Part shown: positions 1 to 12,912 of the stretch, one piece after another
Layout: each line of letters begins with the position of its first letter
How positions within the stretch are numbered: the first letter of the stretch is position 1
Assembly: GCA_903849185.1 (NCBI GenBank)
Contig: CAINIH010000048.1
Coordinates: 1 to 50,512, forward strand
Origin: an uncultured Methylophilaceae bacterium
Lineage (GTDB): Bacteria > Pseudomonadota > Gammaproteobacteria > Burkholderiales > Methylophilaceae
DNA length: 50,512 bases
Direction of reading: 5' to 3'
Notes under the pieces: model-generated
What the model saw: only the letters and a program-made list of their open reading frames with translations
Told to the model about the DNA's origin: nothing
Database searches by the model: none
Made by a program: the position numbers and the translations under genes

Positions 1-93
1 ATCACCCGCTGGAATAATAATTCCTGCGTTAGCTGCAGTTGCAGATAGTGCTAAAACAGCACCAGCCACTGCTAAGTTAATATTCTTGTTCAT
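1..93 (-). CDS. Outer-membrane porin, N-terminal fragment (runs off window start)
   Basis: Hand translation from ATG at 93 gives MNKNINLAVAGAVLALSATAANA|GIIIPAGD, a classic signal peptide with an A-N-A cleavage site. Strong SD (AGGAG) just upstream. The mature start GIIIPAG recalls Methylophilaceae porins (from memory). Not in the ORF track. Confidence 0.7.
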   Translation of the reverse strand, partial: MNKNINLAVAGAVLALSATAANAGIIIPAGD

Positions 94-118
94 ATATTTC
101 TCCTATTGTTTTTAAAAC

Positions 119-179
119 CTCATCAATTGCTTGATGAGAAAGTTCGCGAACTTTCCCAATGAAAAAAAGCTTCATCAAG
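119..179 (-). promoter_or_regulatory. Structured 5' leader of the porin gene (tandem hairpins)
   Basis: On the minus strand, GGGAAAGUU-CGCG-AACUUUCUC (157-136) is followed by CUCAUCAA-GCAA-UUGAUGAG (138-119; GNRA tetraloop). Positions 172-179 are also complementary to 130-137. Confidence 0.55.
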
Positions 180-191
180 AAGGTTAGGTGA

Positions 192-221
192 ATTATGAAG
201 CATCAAATGAGGGCGTCGCAA
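192..221 (-). promoter_or_regulatory. Putative sigma70 promoter of the porin
   Basis: Minus strand TTGCGA (221-216), 18-nt spacer, CATAAT (197-192). Confidence 0.4.
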
Positions 222-254
222 GTATTTTTAGTGTTTTTTGCGACATTTTGGTTA

Positions 255-278
255 TTTTGTTGCAAATTTACAACAAAA
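255..278. promoter_or_regulatory. Near-perfect palindrome, candidate transcription factor operator
   Basis: TTTTGTTGCAAATTTACAACAAAA has one mismatched pair in 24 bp and lies upstream of the porin promoter. Confidence 0.4.
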
Positions 279-288
279 ATGTTTTAAA

Positions 289-1404
289 CTATTGATTTAA
301 AAGTGATTTTTCAAACTCACGAATCGCATAACGATCCGTCATACCGGCAATATAATCCGCAATCACGCGCGGTTTTTCTTCTTTTCCTATAGATTGGTAA
401 TCAGACGGAATAAGGCTTAAATCATCCATATATACCTTAAATAGACCTTCGATTGTCTTCGCTGCTTTGTCTGTCATCTCTGTTACCTTGGGATGAAGGT
501 ATAGAGACTTCCTTAAGAACCGTTTAAGCTCAAGCTGTTTTTCTGCCATCTCAACAGAAAAATCAATCATGGGGCCATTAAGTCTTATTTCATCCACAGT
601 TTTGGGTTTCGATACCTTTATATAGGAGAGACTGGTTCGACATAAATCATCGACTAAATTATGAATCATTCGACGGATGGTTTCATGCACAAGGCGTTTT
701 TGAGATAAATCGGGATAAAGTGCTTTGACCTTTAGAGCATGCTCTTTAAAAAGAGCGACTTCCATGAGTTGATCAAGGGTTAAAAGTCCTGAACGAATGC
801 CGTCATCAATATCATGATTGTTATAGGCAATCTCATCCGCAAAATTGGCAATTTGTCCTTCTAAGGTCGTTTCTGTTTTATCTAGGAACCTTTGCCCAAC
901 ATCGCCTAGTTTTTCAGCATTCTTAATTGAACAATGTTTTAAGATACCCTCTCTTGTCTCAAAGGTGAGATTAAGCCCATCAAATTCTGCATATCTTTGC
1001 TCTAAAAGATCAACGACGCGAAGCGACTGAAGATTATGTTCAAATCCACCATAATTTTTCATGCAAGCGTTTAAGGCATCTTGCCCCGCGTGACCAAAAG
1101 GTGTGTGCCCTAGGTCATGAGCCAAGGCGATGGCTTCTGCCAAATCTTCATGAAGATTTAAAGTGCGAGCAATGCTTCTTGCAATTTGAGCAACCTCCAA
1201 ACTATGGGTTAAACGTGTTCTAAATAAATCGCCTTCGTGATTCACGAATACTTGCGTTTTATATTCAAGACGCCTGAAAGCAGTTGAGTGAATGACGCGA
1301 TCACGATCGCGCTGAAAATCATTTCTTAAAGTTGAAGTTTCTTCTTTGAAACGTCGGCCGCGAGATTCTTCTGGATGTGCGGCATATGGTGCCAACTTCA
1401 TCAT
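289..1404 (-). CDS. dgt: Deoxyguanosinetriphosphate triphosphohydrolase (HD domain)
   Basis: [54 protein letters not shown] motifs; follows aroB as is typical. Confidence 0.95.
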   Translation of the reverse strand: MMKLAPYAAHPEESRGRRFKEETSTLRNDFQRDRDRVIHSTAFRRLEYKTQVFVNHEGDLFRTRLTHSLEVAQIARSIARTLNLHEDLAEAIALAHDLGHTPFGHAGQDALNACMKNYGGFEHNLQSLRVVDLLEQRYAEFDGLNLTFETREGILKHCSIKNAEKLGDVGQRFLDKTETTLEGQIANFADEIAYNNHDIDDGIRSGLLTLDQLMEVALFKEHALKVKALYPDLSQKRLVHETIRRMIHNLVDDLCRTSLSYIKVSKPKTVDEIRLNGPMIDFSVEMAEKQLELKRFLRKSLYLHPKVTEMTDKAAKTIEGLFKVYMDDLSLIPSDYQSIGKEEKPRVIADYIAGMTDRYAIREFEKSLLNQ

Positions 1405-2489
1405 GCTGAAAAATTTGAAGTTTGAAGTGTGGTCTTTAAATGTTTTGAATCGTAATCGCTTGTGATCACAGAGTCGCCAATACCTTTTTGAAGTACCAAT
1501 CTAATTTTTCCATCCACCACTTTTTTATCCATACTCATAAGACTCATATATTGATCCTCACTTATTTTTGGTGGATCAATGGGAAGCTTAGCTTCTTTTA
1601 AAAGTTTAACGATACGATTAAATTCTAGATCTTTTAACCAGCCCATGAGTTTTGATAAATGAGCTGCCATCACCATGCCTGTTGCGACTGCTTCGCCATG
1701 AAGCCATACGCCATAGCCCATTGCATTTTCAATCGCATGTCCAAAAGTGTGTCCGAGGTTTAATGTCGCTCTCACGCCTGATTCATGTTCATCCATTTCC
1801 ACCACATCCGCTTTGTTTTGACATGAGCGCAGAATCGCTTCAATAAGCAATGATGAATTTAATTTCATGAGGCCTTCCATATTTTTTTCAAGCCAATCGA
1901 AAAATGCTTCATCACGAATAAGTCCATATTTAATGACTTCCGCCATGCCCGCAGAAAATTCTCTTGATGGTAATGTTTTTAATGTATCAATATCTGCGAT
2001 TACACATTGCGGTTGATAAAAAGCACCGATCATATTTTTACCTAAAGAGTGATTAATCCCTGTTTTGCCGCCAACTGAAGAATCAACTTGTGATAAAAGT
2101 GTGGTCGGAATTTGAATAAAAGGAACACCTCTTAAATAAGTCGCAGCAGCATAACCTGTCATGTCCCCTATCACACCTCCGCCTAATGCAATGAGTGTTG
2201 TGGTGCGCTCAAATTTTTCTTTTAAAAGTGCATCGTAAATGAGATTTAAAGTTTCTTGATTTTTATATACTTCCCCATCAGGCAAAATAATCGGGAATGC
2301 TTTAATGCCATTTTGTTTTAATAGAGTTAATAAAGAATCAAGATATAAAGGTGCGACGGTCGTATTCGTCACAATTGCAACATGCTTTTGTTTTAAATGA
2401 GATTCAATCAGTTTAATTTGAGACAGCAAGCCCTCACCAATATAAATCGGATAGGAGCGATCTTCTAATTGGATATGAAGTGTTTGCAT
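1401..2489 (-). CDS. aroB: 3-dehydroquinate synthase
   Basis: [38 protein letters not shown]. Start reassigned to MQTLHIQL (2489) to avoid overlap with aroK. Confidence 0.97.
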   Translation of the reverse strand: MQTLHIQLEDRSYPIYIGEGLLSQIKLIESHLKQKHVAIVTNTTVAPLYLDSLLTLLKQNGIKAFPIILPDGEVYKNQETLNLIYDALLKEKFERTTTLIALGGGVIGDMTGYAAATYLRGVPFIQIPTTLLSQVDSSVGGKTGINHSLGKNMIGAFYQPQCVIADIDTLKTLPSREFSAGMAEVIKYGLIRDEAFFDWLEKNMEGLMKLNSSLLIEAILRSCQNKADVVEMDEHESGVRATLNLGHTFGHAIENAMGYGVWLHGEAVATGMVMAAHLSKLMGWLKDLEFNRIVKLLKEAKLPIDPPKISEDQYMSLMSMDKKVVDGKIRLVLQKGIGDSVITSDYDSKHLKTTLQTSNFSA

Positions 2490-2493
2490 ATTT

Positions 2494-3009
2494 TTACTTA
2501 AGAAGCGCCTCAATTTTATTAATAATCGTTTGTGTTTTTTGTTGGCCTGTATCCACCACAAATGATGAAACACCCAAATACAAAGGGTGTCTTTCTTTAT
2601 AGAGATTATTTAAAGTATCTAACATATTGCCTTGTTGTAAAAGCGGACGATCTTTATCACACGCCATGCGTTTCGCCAAATGCTGAGGCTTGGCATTAAG
2701 ATAAATCACTTTGCCTCTTGCTTTAAGAAGTCGTCTATTTTCTTCACTTAAAACAGCGCCGCCACCTGTAGCCAAGATGATATCTTTTTTATTTGTTAAC
2801 TCATCAATCATCTGTGTTTCCCTTTTGCGAAAACCTTCTTCGCCTTCGAGCTCAAAAATCACAGAAACTTTGACGCCTAATTTTTTTTCAATTTCATGAT
2901 CAGTATCATAAAAAGTTTTTTTTAGTTTTTTGGCTAACAATTTACCTATGGTCGTTTTGCCAGCGCCCATGAGTCCTACAAAAAAAATATTGTCATTAAT
3001 CGTTGCCAT
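2494..3009 (-). CDS. aroK: Shikimate kinase
   Basis: P-loop [21 protein letters not shown]; upstream of aroB. Confidence 0.97.
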   Translation of the reverse strand: MATINDNIFFVGLMGAGKTTIGKLLAKKLKKTFYDTDHEIEKKLGVKVSVIFELEGEEGFRKRETQMIDELTNKKDIILATGGGAVLSEENRRLLKARGKVIYLNAKPQHLAKRMACDKDRPLLQQGNMLDTLNNLYKERHPLYLGVSSFVVDTGQQKTQTIINKIEALLK

Positions 3010-3149
3010 GACGAACTAGCTTTATATTCAAGAATATCGATTATTTTAAGGGATTAATGAGTGAATAGCTCGAATTGCCTACAAATAATCTTCAACACCT
3101 TTTATAATAAGATCCATTAATTCCTCTTAAATCTCAAATAAAAAGACTT

Positions 3150-5432
3150 ATGGCAAAACCTACTTTCTTTAAACGTCTCATGTTGTGGTTTTTCATAAGC
3201 TTAGCGGCTATTGCGGCATTGGTTGCACTCACAGTTGCACTTGTCATTCCATCACTACCCTCACTAGAAAGTCTTACAGAATATCGCCCTAAATTACCCT
3301 TAAGAGTTTATAGCTCAGATGGTTTTCTGATGGCCGAATTTGGCGAAGAGCGTCGCGCTTTTATTAAGATTCATAATGTGCCTAAAAAAATGAAGAATGC
3401 CATTTTGGCTATTGAAGATCGTCGCTTTTACCAACACAAAGGTGTGGACGCCGTAGGTGTGGGCCGAGCTATTGTCAAAAATTTAGCTGGGGCTGCCCAT
3501 GAAGGAGCCAGCACAATTACGATGCAAGTCGCACGTAATTTTTTTCTGTCATCTGATAGAACATTAAGACGTAAAGTCAGTGAAATTTTTCTTTCTTATA
3601 AAATTGAAAAGAATTTAAATAAAGATCAGATTCTAGAGCTTTATGTTAATCAAATTTACTTAGGTCAGCGCGCTTATGGTTTCGGTGCAGCATCTCTTGT
3701 TTATTACGGCAAGCCATTAGAAAAATTAACGCTGGCTGAGTGCGCTCTCTTAGCAGGCCTTCCTAAAGCCCCTACTAACTATAATCCATTCACGAATCCA
3801 AAACGTGCGATTCAACGTCAACATGAAGTCTTAAAAAATATGTTGCGTTATGAATTTATTGATCAAAAAGCTTTTGATGAAGCAATTAATCAGCCTCTTC
3901 ATTTTAAAGAATCTAAACAATCGAGAGATTTAGTGGCTGACCATGCATCCGAAATGGTAAGGCAAGCGCTTTACGATCAATACAAAGATGATATTTATAC
4001 AAGCGGTATTAAGGTTTACACCACCATTAAAAAAGCTAACCAAGAAGCAGCTAACGAAGCAGTTTTACGAGGTATCTTAGATTATGATCGTCGTCATGAA
4101 TATCGTGGCCCTGAAAAAACCATCGATTTAGAAGGTAAAAAGTTTGAAGATCAAAAAAATAAAATTGTCGCCACACTCGACGGTCTTGAAGAATATAACG
4201 GATTTATTCCAGCTGTCGTCTTAAAAGCTGATGCTAAATATATTCAAGCTTTCACCAAAAAAGGCGACATGATTGACATTAAAAATGATGGATTAGCACT
4301 CATTCAAAAAACTTTAATTGAAAAAGATCCTAAAAATAGAAAAGTCAAACCAGGCTCTGTGATTCGCGTCATTCAAAAAAATAAACAATGGGAAGTCGTT
4401 CAGCTTCCTAAAGTGGAAGCATCTCTTGTATCTATGGATCCGCAAACAGGTGCGATTACAGCACTCGTCGGTGGCTTTGATTTTAATCGCAATAAATATA
4501 ACCACGTCACACAAGCGAAGCGCCAGCCGGGTTCCACTTTTAAACCTTTCATTTATTCTGCTGCATTAGAAAAAGGCATTACGCCTGCAACCATTGTGAA
4601 TGATGCACCACTTCATTTTTCAGCTGCTGAAACAGGAAGCGGTACCGATTGGGATCCACAAAATTATGATAATGATTTCGACGGACACATCAGACTTAGA
4701 AATGGTTTAGCTAAATCTAAAAACTTAGTGGCCATTCGTGTTTTAAAAGCGATTGGTCCTAGTTATGCACAAGATTATGCGACACGTTTTGGTTTTGATC
4801 CTGCCAACCATCCTGCTTACTTATCGATGGCTTTAGGAGTGGGCTCTGCCACACTCATGGAGATGGTCACAGCTTATGGTGTTTTTGCTAATGGAGGCTA
4901 TCTTAAAAAACCTTATCTCATAGAAAAGATGGTGGATAGTCATGGTCAAGTGATCGATCAAACCAATGCGATGTTCCAAAATGAAGAAACGCCTCGCGTG
5001 ATTGATCCTAGAAATGCATTTATCATGACATCCCTTTTACAAGACGTTGTGAATAAAGGTACTGCTGTGAGAGCGAAAGCATTAGGCCGATCCGATATAG
5101 CAGGTAAAACAGGTACGACGAATAATCAAGTCGATGCTTGGTTCGCAGGTTATACGCCTTCTCAAGTCGCTATCGCATGGATTGGATTTGATCAACCTAA
5201 AACACTAGGTAAAGAAGAAACGGGTGCGCACGCCGCATTACCTATTTGGATTCAATACATGCAAACGGCTTTAAAAGATTCTCCTATACAAAATTACAAC
5301 ATGCCTGATGGCGTGATTATTCGTAAAATTAAATCGGATACAGGTACCCCTGCAAATGAAAATGAAGAAGGTGTGAATGAGTATTTCTATTCAGAATTTC
5401 CTCCTCATAATGAGATACAACTCCTCAACTAA
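3150..5432 (+). CDS. mrcA: Penicillin-binding protein 1A
   Basis: Transglycosylase EDRRFYQH, GASTITMQ; transpeptidase STFK, SKN, KTG; N-terminal TM helix. Confidence 0.96.
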   Translation: MAKPTFFKRLMLWFFISLAAIAALVALTVALVIPSLPSLESLTEYRPKLPLRVYSSDGFLMAEFGEERRAFIKIHNVPKKMKNAILAIEDRRFYQHKGVDAVGVGRAIVKNLAGAAHEGASTITMQVARNFFLSSDRTLRRKVSEIFLSYKIEKNLNKDQILELYVNQIYLGQRAYGFGAASLVYYGKPLEKLTLAECALLAGLPKAPTNYNPFTNPKRAIQRQHEVLKNMLRYEFIDQKAFDEAINQPLHFKESKQSRDLVADHASEMVRQALYDQYKDDIYTSGIKVYTTIKKANQEAANEAVLRGILDYDRRHEYRGPEKTIDLEGKKFEDQKNKIVATLDGLEEYNGFIPAVVLKADAKYIQAFTKKGDMIDIKNDGLALIQKTLIEKDPKNRKVKPGSVIRVIQKNKQWEVVQLPKVEASLVSMDPQTGAITALVGGFDFNRNKYNHVTQAKRQPGSTFKPFIYSAALEKGITPATIVNDAPLHFSAAETGSGTDWDPQNYDNDFDGHIRLRNGLAKSKNLVAIRVLKAIGPSYAQDYATRFGFDPANHPAYLSMALGVGSATLMEMVTAYGVFANGGYLKKPYLIEKMVDSHGQVIDQTNAMFQNEETPRVIDPRNAFIMTSLLQDVVNKGTAVRAKALGRSDIAGKTGTTNNQVDAWFAGYTPSQVAIAWIGFDQPKTLGKEETGAHAALPIWIQYMQTALKDSPIQNYNMPDGVIIRKIKSDTGTPANENEEGVNEYFYSEFPPHNEIQLLN

Positions 5433-5453
5433 TTTTTAAAAAAAGTGTTTCAT

Positions 5454-7794
<2,341 letters not shown>

Positions 7795-7802
<8 letters not shown>

Positions 7803-8781
7803 GAGATGCCTCTTTCAGTATCTCTAGTTTTTTAGAGGATAAACCTTGATCAATCATTGATGCAGCTTTTTCAATGCCGTCTTTTAAAGTAGATGTGAGT
7901 CCGCTCACGTAAATCGCAGCACCCGCATTAAGAAGTGTGATGTCTCGATGAGGTCCTTTGCTGCCTTTCAATACATCAAGCATCATGGCTTTGGATGCAT
8001 CGACATTTTCTACTTGAATAGCTTTAAGATCTGCCATATCGAATCCAAAATCAGCAGGTTGAATGGTGTAAGTCGTGATCGATTTATTTTTGAGTTCACT
8101 CACGCGAGTGGCACTTGAGATTGAAATTTCATCCATACCATCTTCACCATGCACCACCATCACATGTTCACTTCCTAATTGAGAAAGTACTTTTGCCATA
8201 GTTTCTGTTAATGCTGCTTCATAAACACCTAATACTTGATGAGTCGCTGAAGCTGGATTGGCAAGCGGGCCTAAGACATTAAAAATAGTTCTCACACCTA
8301 ATTTTTTTCTAACCGGTGCTGCATATCGCATCGCTGGATGAAAGTTAGGTGCGAACATAAAAGCAATGCCAATATCATTGACAAGTGAGGCTACTTTTTC
8401 AGGAGTTAAATTTACATTGACACCTAAAGCTTCTAATACATCTGCACTGCCACATTTAGATGACACTGAACGGCCGCCATGTTTAGCAACTTTAACGCCT
8501 GCGCTCGCAGCCACAATTGCACTCAAAGTAGACACATTAAATGTTTGAATGCCGTCCCCTCCTGTGCCACATGTATCGACAAGATGTGTTTTGTCTTGAA
8601 TGTCGACTTGTTTTGAAAATTGACGCATGACAGTTGCTGCATCAAAAATATTTTCAGAGGTAAGTCCTTTTTCATTTAAAGCTAAAACATATGATTCAAT
8701 AATGTCATCACTTAAAACGCCTGACATTAAAGACTGCATAAAGTCTTTTACAGATAATTCATTTGAATCTATGTTAGCCAT
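7795..8781 (-). CDS. trpD: Anthranilate phosphoribosyltransferase
   Basis: [33 protein letters not shown]. Confidence 0.96.
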
Positions 8782-9343
8782 AAGCTTTTAAAAAATTATT
8801 CAATAAATCGTGGCCGTGTTCAGTTAAGACTGATTCAGGATGAAATTGCACGCCTTCAATGGGTAATGTTTTATGGCGTACTCCCATAATTTCTTCATCA
8901 TCCGTCCATGCAGTGACTTCTAAACAATCAGGTAGTGTTGCGCGCTCAATCACGAGCGAATGATAACGCGTCGCTATAAATGGATTTTTTAAATCTTTAA
9001 ATACGCCTTGATTCGTGTGATGGATTTGTGAAGTTTTACCATGCATCAATGTCTTAGCATGAATGATTTTTCCACCAAAAGCTTGGCCAATCGTTTGGTG
9101 GCCTAAGCAAACACCTAGAATCGGAATGTGACCTTTAAATGTATTCACAACTTCCAAAGAAACTCCTGCTTCATTGGGCGTGCATGGGCCAGGAGACAAC
9201 ACAATATATTGAGGGTTCTTTTTTTTGATTTCATCAATCGTGATCTCGTCATTACGATGTACCTCAACCTCTTGTTTGAGCTCAGCCAAATACTGAACAA
9301 GGTTATAAGTAAATGAATCGTAGTTATCAATCATGAGCAACAT
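8774..9343 (-). CDS. trpG: Anthranilate synthase component II (glutamine amidotransferase)
   Basis: [29 protein letters not shown]; lies between trpE and trpD. Confidence 0.95.
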   Translation of the reverse strand: MLLMIDNYDSFTYNLVQYLAELKQEVEVHRNDEITIDEIKKKNPQYIVLSPGPCTPNEAGVSLEVVNTFKGHIPILGVCLGHQTIGQAFGGKIIHAKTLMHGKTSQIHHTNQGVFKDLKNPFIATRYHSLVIERATLPDCLEVTAWTDDEEIMGVRHKTLPIEGVQFHPESVLTEHGHDLLNNFLKAYG

Positions 9344-9346
9344 AAT

Positions 9347-10819
9347 TTATTTTCCTGATTGCACAATTTCTGCGGCACGTAATACCGCTTTTGCTTTATT
9401 TTGAGTTTCAACCCATTCATTATGCGGAACGGAATCTGCCACAATACCAGCACCTGCTTGCACATAAAGTGTTTTGTTCTTTATCACGCCTGTTCTAATA
9501 GCGATCGCTACATCCATATCACCATCAAAACCTAAATAACCTACAGCGCCTGCATAAATGCCGCGCTTACTTGGCTCTAATTCATGAATAATTTCCATCG
9601 CACGCACTTTAGGTGCGCCGCTCACAGTGCCAGCTGGGAAAGTTGCCTTCAAAACATCCATCGCATGCATATTGGGTTTTAATGTGCCCTCCACATTCGA
9701 TACGATATGCATCACATGTGAATATCGTTCAATCGTCATATTGTCTGTCACTCTGACCGAGCCTGATTGAGAGACTCGACCAATATCATTTCGACCTAAG
9801 TCCATCAGCTGGACGTGCTCTGCACATTCTTTAGGGTCGCTCAATAATTCTTTTTCTAATTTCAAATCTTCTTCGTGAGTTTTACCGCGAGGACGCGTAC
9901 CTGCGATGGGTCTTACTGTCACTGTCTCATCTTCCAGTCGCACTAAAATTTCAGGAGATGCGCCCACCACATGATGGTCATCCATATGGTAATAAAACAT
10001 ATAAGGGGATGGATTGAGTGTGCGAAGCGATTCATAAAGTGCTAATGGTGGGGCATCAAATGCTTGTGACATTCTTTGCGACAACACCACTTGCATAATG
10101 TCCCCTTCAAAAATATAAGACTTCGCTTTTTCAACAGCTTTCTTAAAAGCATCTTCACCAAATTCAGAATGCGCTTCGGTTTGATTTAATGTTTGAGCTT
10201 GATCAGTTTCAATGGATTGATGAAGTTGATCATGAAGTTTATCTAGCCTTTCAATACCTAACGCATAAGCGTTTTGAATAGATGGATCTGTATAACTCAC
10301 GATAAAAATTTTACGCGCCACATTATCAACCACAATGAGTTCATCAGACAACATAAGTAAAATATCGGGTACACCTAAAATATCTTTTGTTTTTTTATGC
10401 TTTAAACGGGATTCAATATATTGAATCGTTTCATATCCAAAATAACCTGCTAATCCCCCTGCAAATCGAGGTAATTCAATATCAGAAGGCACTTTAAAAT
10501 GGCTTAAATAATTCTGAATAAAATCGAGTGGATTTTGTGTGGCTTCTTTTTGAATGACTTTATTTTGATCAATGACTTCGATCACATCATCGCGGATGAC
10601 AATTCTTTTTTTAGAAGGGAGCCCAATGATGGAGTAGCGACCAAAACGCTCGCCACCTTCCACGGATTCTAGAAGATAAGAAAAAGGAAGGTTCGCTAGC
10701 TTTTGATAAATCGATAAAGGTGTTTCATGGCCTACATCAAAAGATTTCACCAAAGGAATGAAGTTAAATCCTTCGTTCTTATAAGCGTTAAATTGATCTG
10801 ATGTGATTAAGGTAGTCAT
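9347..10819 (-). CDS. trpE: Anthranilate synthase component I
   Basis: LLES and NPSPYM Trp-feedback motifs, RPIAGT, DLGRND, FPAGTVSGAPK. Confidence 0.97.
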   Translation of the reverse strand: MTTLITSDQFNAYKNEGFNFIPLVKSFDVGHETPLSIYQKLANLPFSYLLESVEGGERFGRYSIIGLPSKKRIVIRDDVIEVIDQNKVIQKEATQNPLDFIQNYLSHFKVPSDIELPRFAGGLAGYFGYETIQYIESRLKHKKTKDILGVPDILLMLSDELIVVDNVARKIFIVSYTDPSIQNAYALGIERLDKLHDQLHQSIETDQAQTLNQTEAHSEFGEDAFKKAVEKAKSYIFEGDIMQVVLSQRMSQAFDAPPLALYESLRTLNPSPYMFYYHMDDHHVVGASPEILVRLEDETVTVRPIAGTRPRGKTHEEDLKLEKELLSDPKECAEHVQLMDLGRNDIGRVSQSGSVRVTDNMTIERYSHVMHIVSNVEGTLKPNMHAMDVLKATFPAGTVSGAPKVRAMEIIHELEPSKRGIYAGAVGYLGFDGDMDVAIAIRTGVIKNKTLYVQAGAGIVADSVPHNEWVETQNKAKAVLRAAEIVQSGK

Positions 10820-10824
10820 GATAG

Positions 10825-10857
10825 AAACATTAAGAAGCTAAATGCTTCTTAACGTTT
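10825..10857 (-). promoter_or_regulatory. 14-bp hairpin between rpe and trpE
   Basis: Minus-strand RNA AAACGUUAAGAAGC-AUUUA-GCUUCUUAAUGUUU (one G-U pair) ends 5 nt before the trpE ATG. Confidence 0.55.
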
Positions 10858-10862
10858 TTTAA

Positions 10863-11561
10863 TTAAACTGTTGCGAGTGATGCGCGTAATGATTTCACCA
10901 CGGTGTCATAACGATTAGGATCAGTGTCTTTACCTGCGCCAAAAATAGCAGAGCCTGCCACAAAAGTATCAGCACCTGCTTTTGCAATTTCCGCAATATT
11001 ATTAGCGTTCACACCACCATCAACTTCTAACCAAATTTGACGGCCTGTTTTTTCATAATAAGCATCAATTTTTTGGCGTGCGATTTTAAGTTTATTCAAT
11101 GTTTCAGGGATAAATTTCTGGCCGCCAAATCCTGGGTTCACTGACATTAAAAGTACCATATCAATTTTATCCATCACATGGTCAAGATAGTCGAGTGGAG
11201 TCGCTGGATTAAATACGAGACCTGACTTACACCCTAAATCACGAACCAATGAAAGGCTGCGATCAATATGCTCTGAACCTTCAGGATGGAAAGTAATGAT
11301 ATTGGCACCCGCTTTTGCAAAATCAGGAATAATGCGATCCACAGGTTTCACCATTAAATGGACATCAATGATGGCATCCGTCACCGGACGAATCGCTTCA
11401 CACACGAGAGGACCGATCGTTAAATTAGGTACGTAATGATTGTCCATCACATCGAAGTGAACGATATCAGTTCCCGATTTAATGACATCATTAATTTCTT
11501 GGCCAAGTTTTGCGAAATTCGCTGAAAGAATACTGGGGGCAATTCTAAATGTTTTATCCAT
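10863..11561 (-). CDS. rpe: Ribulose-phosphate 3-epimerase
   Basis: [44 protein letters not shown]. Confidence 0.97.
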   Translation of the reverse strand: MDKTFRIAPSILSANFAKLGQEINDVIKSGTDIVHFDVMDNHYVPNLTIGPLVCEAIRPVTDAIIDVHLMVKPVDRIIPDFAKAGANIITFHPEGSEHIDRSLSLVRDLGCKSGLVFNPATPLDYLDHVMDKIDMVLLMSVNPGFGGQKFIPETLNKLKIARQKIDAYYEKTGRQIWLEVDGGVNANNIAEIAKAGADTFVAGSAIFGAGKDTDPNRYDTVVKSLRASLATV

Positions 11562-11600
11562 ATTTCTAGTGATCCCAAATGAAAGTTGAGTGAGATATTG

Positions 11601-11616
11601 TAAAATAGCTATTTTA
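11601..11616. promoter_or_regulatory. Palindromic, putative bidirectional -10 element for rpe and hemA
   Basis: TAAAATAGCTATTTTA is a perfect 16-bp palindrome that gives TAAAAT on both strands in the divergent gap. Confidence 0.45.
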
Positions 11617-11662
11617 ACTCTTAAATGACGTGAAGCTAAAGCGTCGGATTAAGAATATTCAC

Positions 11663-12907
11663 ATGCAGCTTTATACCGTAGGCATTAACCACACCACTGC
11701 CCCTATTGCGATCCGCGAAAAAGTCGCTTTCGACCCTGATCATTTAAGCCAGGCTTTGCGTGATCTTATGGACAATAAAGTCAATGAGGCTGCCATTTTA
11801 TCTACGTGCAATCGCAGTGAAATCTACGCTAAAGCGAGAGACCCTCAAATCATCGTCGATTGGCTTTGTAAATATCACGGCATCAAATTAAAAACCATTG
11901 AATCTCATCTCTATATTTACGAAAATCAAGAGGCCATTCAACATGCTTTTCGTGTCGCTTCAGGCCTAGACAGCATGGTCTTAGGTGAACCTCAAATTTT
12001 AGGTCAAATGAAGCAGGCCATTAAAACCGCTGAAAATACCGGTACTTTAGGTGTGCTTTTAAATAAGCTCTTTCAAAAAACATTCTCTGTGGCCAAAGAA
12101 GTCAGAACCAAAACAGACATTGGCATGAGTTCTATTTCGATGGCAGCAGCTTCTATCAAGCTAGCCGAGCGTATTTTTGGAGATTTAAAAACTTCAAAGG
12201 TACTCTTTATTGGTGCAGGCGAAATGATTGAACTTTGCGCTGAGCATATTAAAAATAAACAGCCCAAATCTATGACCATCGCTAATCGTTCGCTTGATCG
12301 AGGTTTGGCTTTAGCTAAAAAAATGAAGGCTGATGCCTGTCTTATTTCAGAGCTTTATGATCGTCTTCATGAGTTCGATATTATTTTAAGCTCTACAGCA
12401 AGCCAATTACCAATCGTAGGCTTAGGCATGGTAGAACGTGCTCTCAAAACAAGGCGAAATCGCCCTATGTTTATGGTCGACCTTGCCGTGCCAAGAGACA
12501 TTGAACCTGAGGTAGGAGAGCTCAATGATGTTTACCTTTATACGGTGGACGACTTATCTCACCTCATTGAAGAAGGTTTAACAAACCGTCAATCAGCAGC
12601 CATCGAGGCTGAGAAGATGATTGATCGTCATGTCAAAGATTTCACACAATGGTTTAAAACGCGTACCATCGTGCCTACGATTAAAGCCCTTCGAGATCAT
12701 GCTGAAAGTTACCGCGTGACTGAACTTAAGAAAGCACAAAAACTTCTTAATCAAGGTATGAAGCCAGAAGAAGTCTTAGAAGTATTAAGTAAAGCTTTAG
12801 CAAATAAATTTGTGCATCACCCAAGCCAAGCGCTTAATGAAGCACGTGGCGAAGAACACGAACTCTTAACTAAAACATTAAAGAAAATTTACCCACTTAA
12901 AGATTAA
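11663..12907 (+). CDS. hemA: Glutamyl-tRNA reductase
   Basis: [43 protein letters not shown]; start at MQLYTVG (11663). Confidence 0.97.
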   Translation: MQLYTVGINHTTAPIAIREKVAFDPDHLSQALRDLMDNKVNEAAILSTCNRSEIYAKARDPQIIVDWLCKYHGIKLKTIESHLYIYENQEAIQHAFRVASGLDSMVLGEPQILGQMKQAIKTAENTGTLGVLLNKLFQKTFSVAKEVRTKTDIGMSSISMAAASIKLAERIFGDLKTSKVLFIGAGEMIELCAEHIKNKQPKSMTIANRSLDRGLALAKKMKADACLISELYDRLHEFDIILSSTASQLPIVGLGMVERALKTRRNRPMFMVDLAVPRDIEPEVGELNDVYLYTVDDLSHLIEEGLTNRQSAAIEAEKMIDRHVKDFTQWFKTRTIVPTIKALRDHAESYRVTELKKAQKLLNQGMKPEEVLEVLSKALANKFVHHPSQALNEARGEEHELLTKTLKKIYPLKD

Positions 12908-12912
12908 ATGCC

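Noticed and set aside
2490-2573. Track N-terminal extensions of aroB (also hemA 11630, apbE 32915, purU 37231)
   Set aside because: They overlap neighbouring genes or promoters; family-typical N-termini begin at downstream ATGs.
10820-10862. trpL-type attenuator
   Set aside because: No leader ORF or Trp codons; the gap is only 43 bp.
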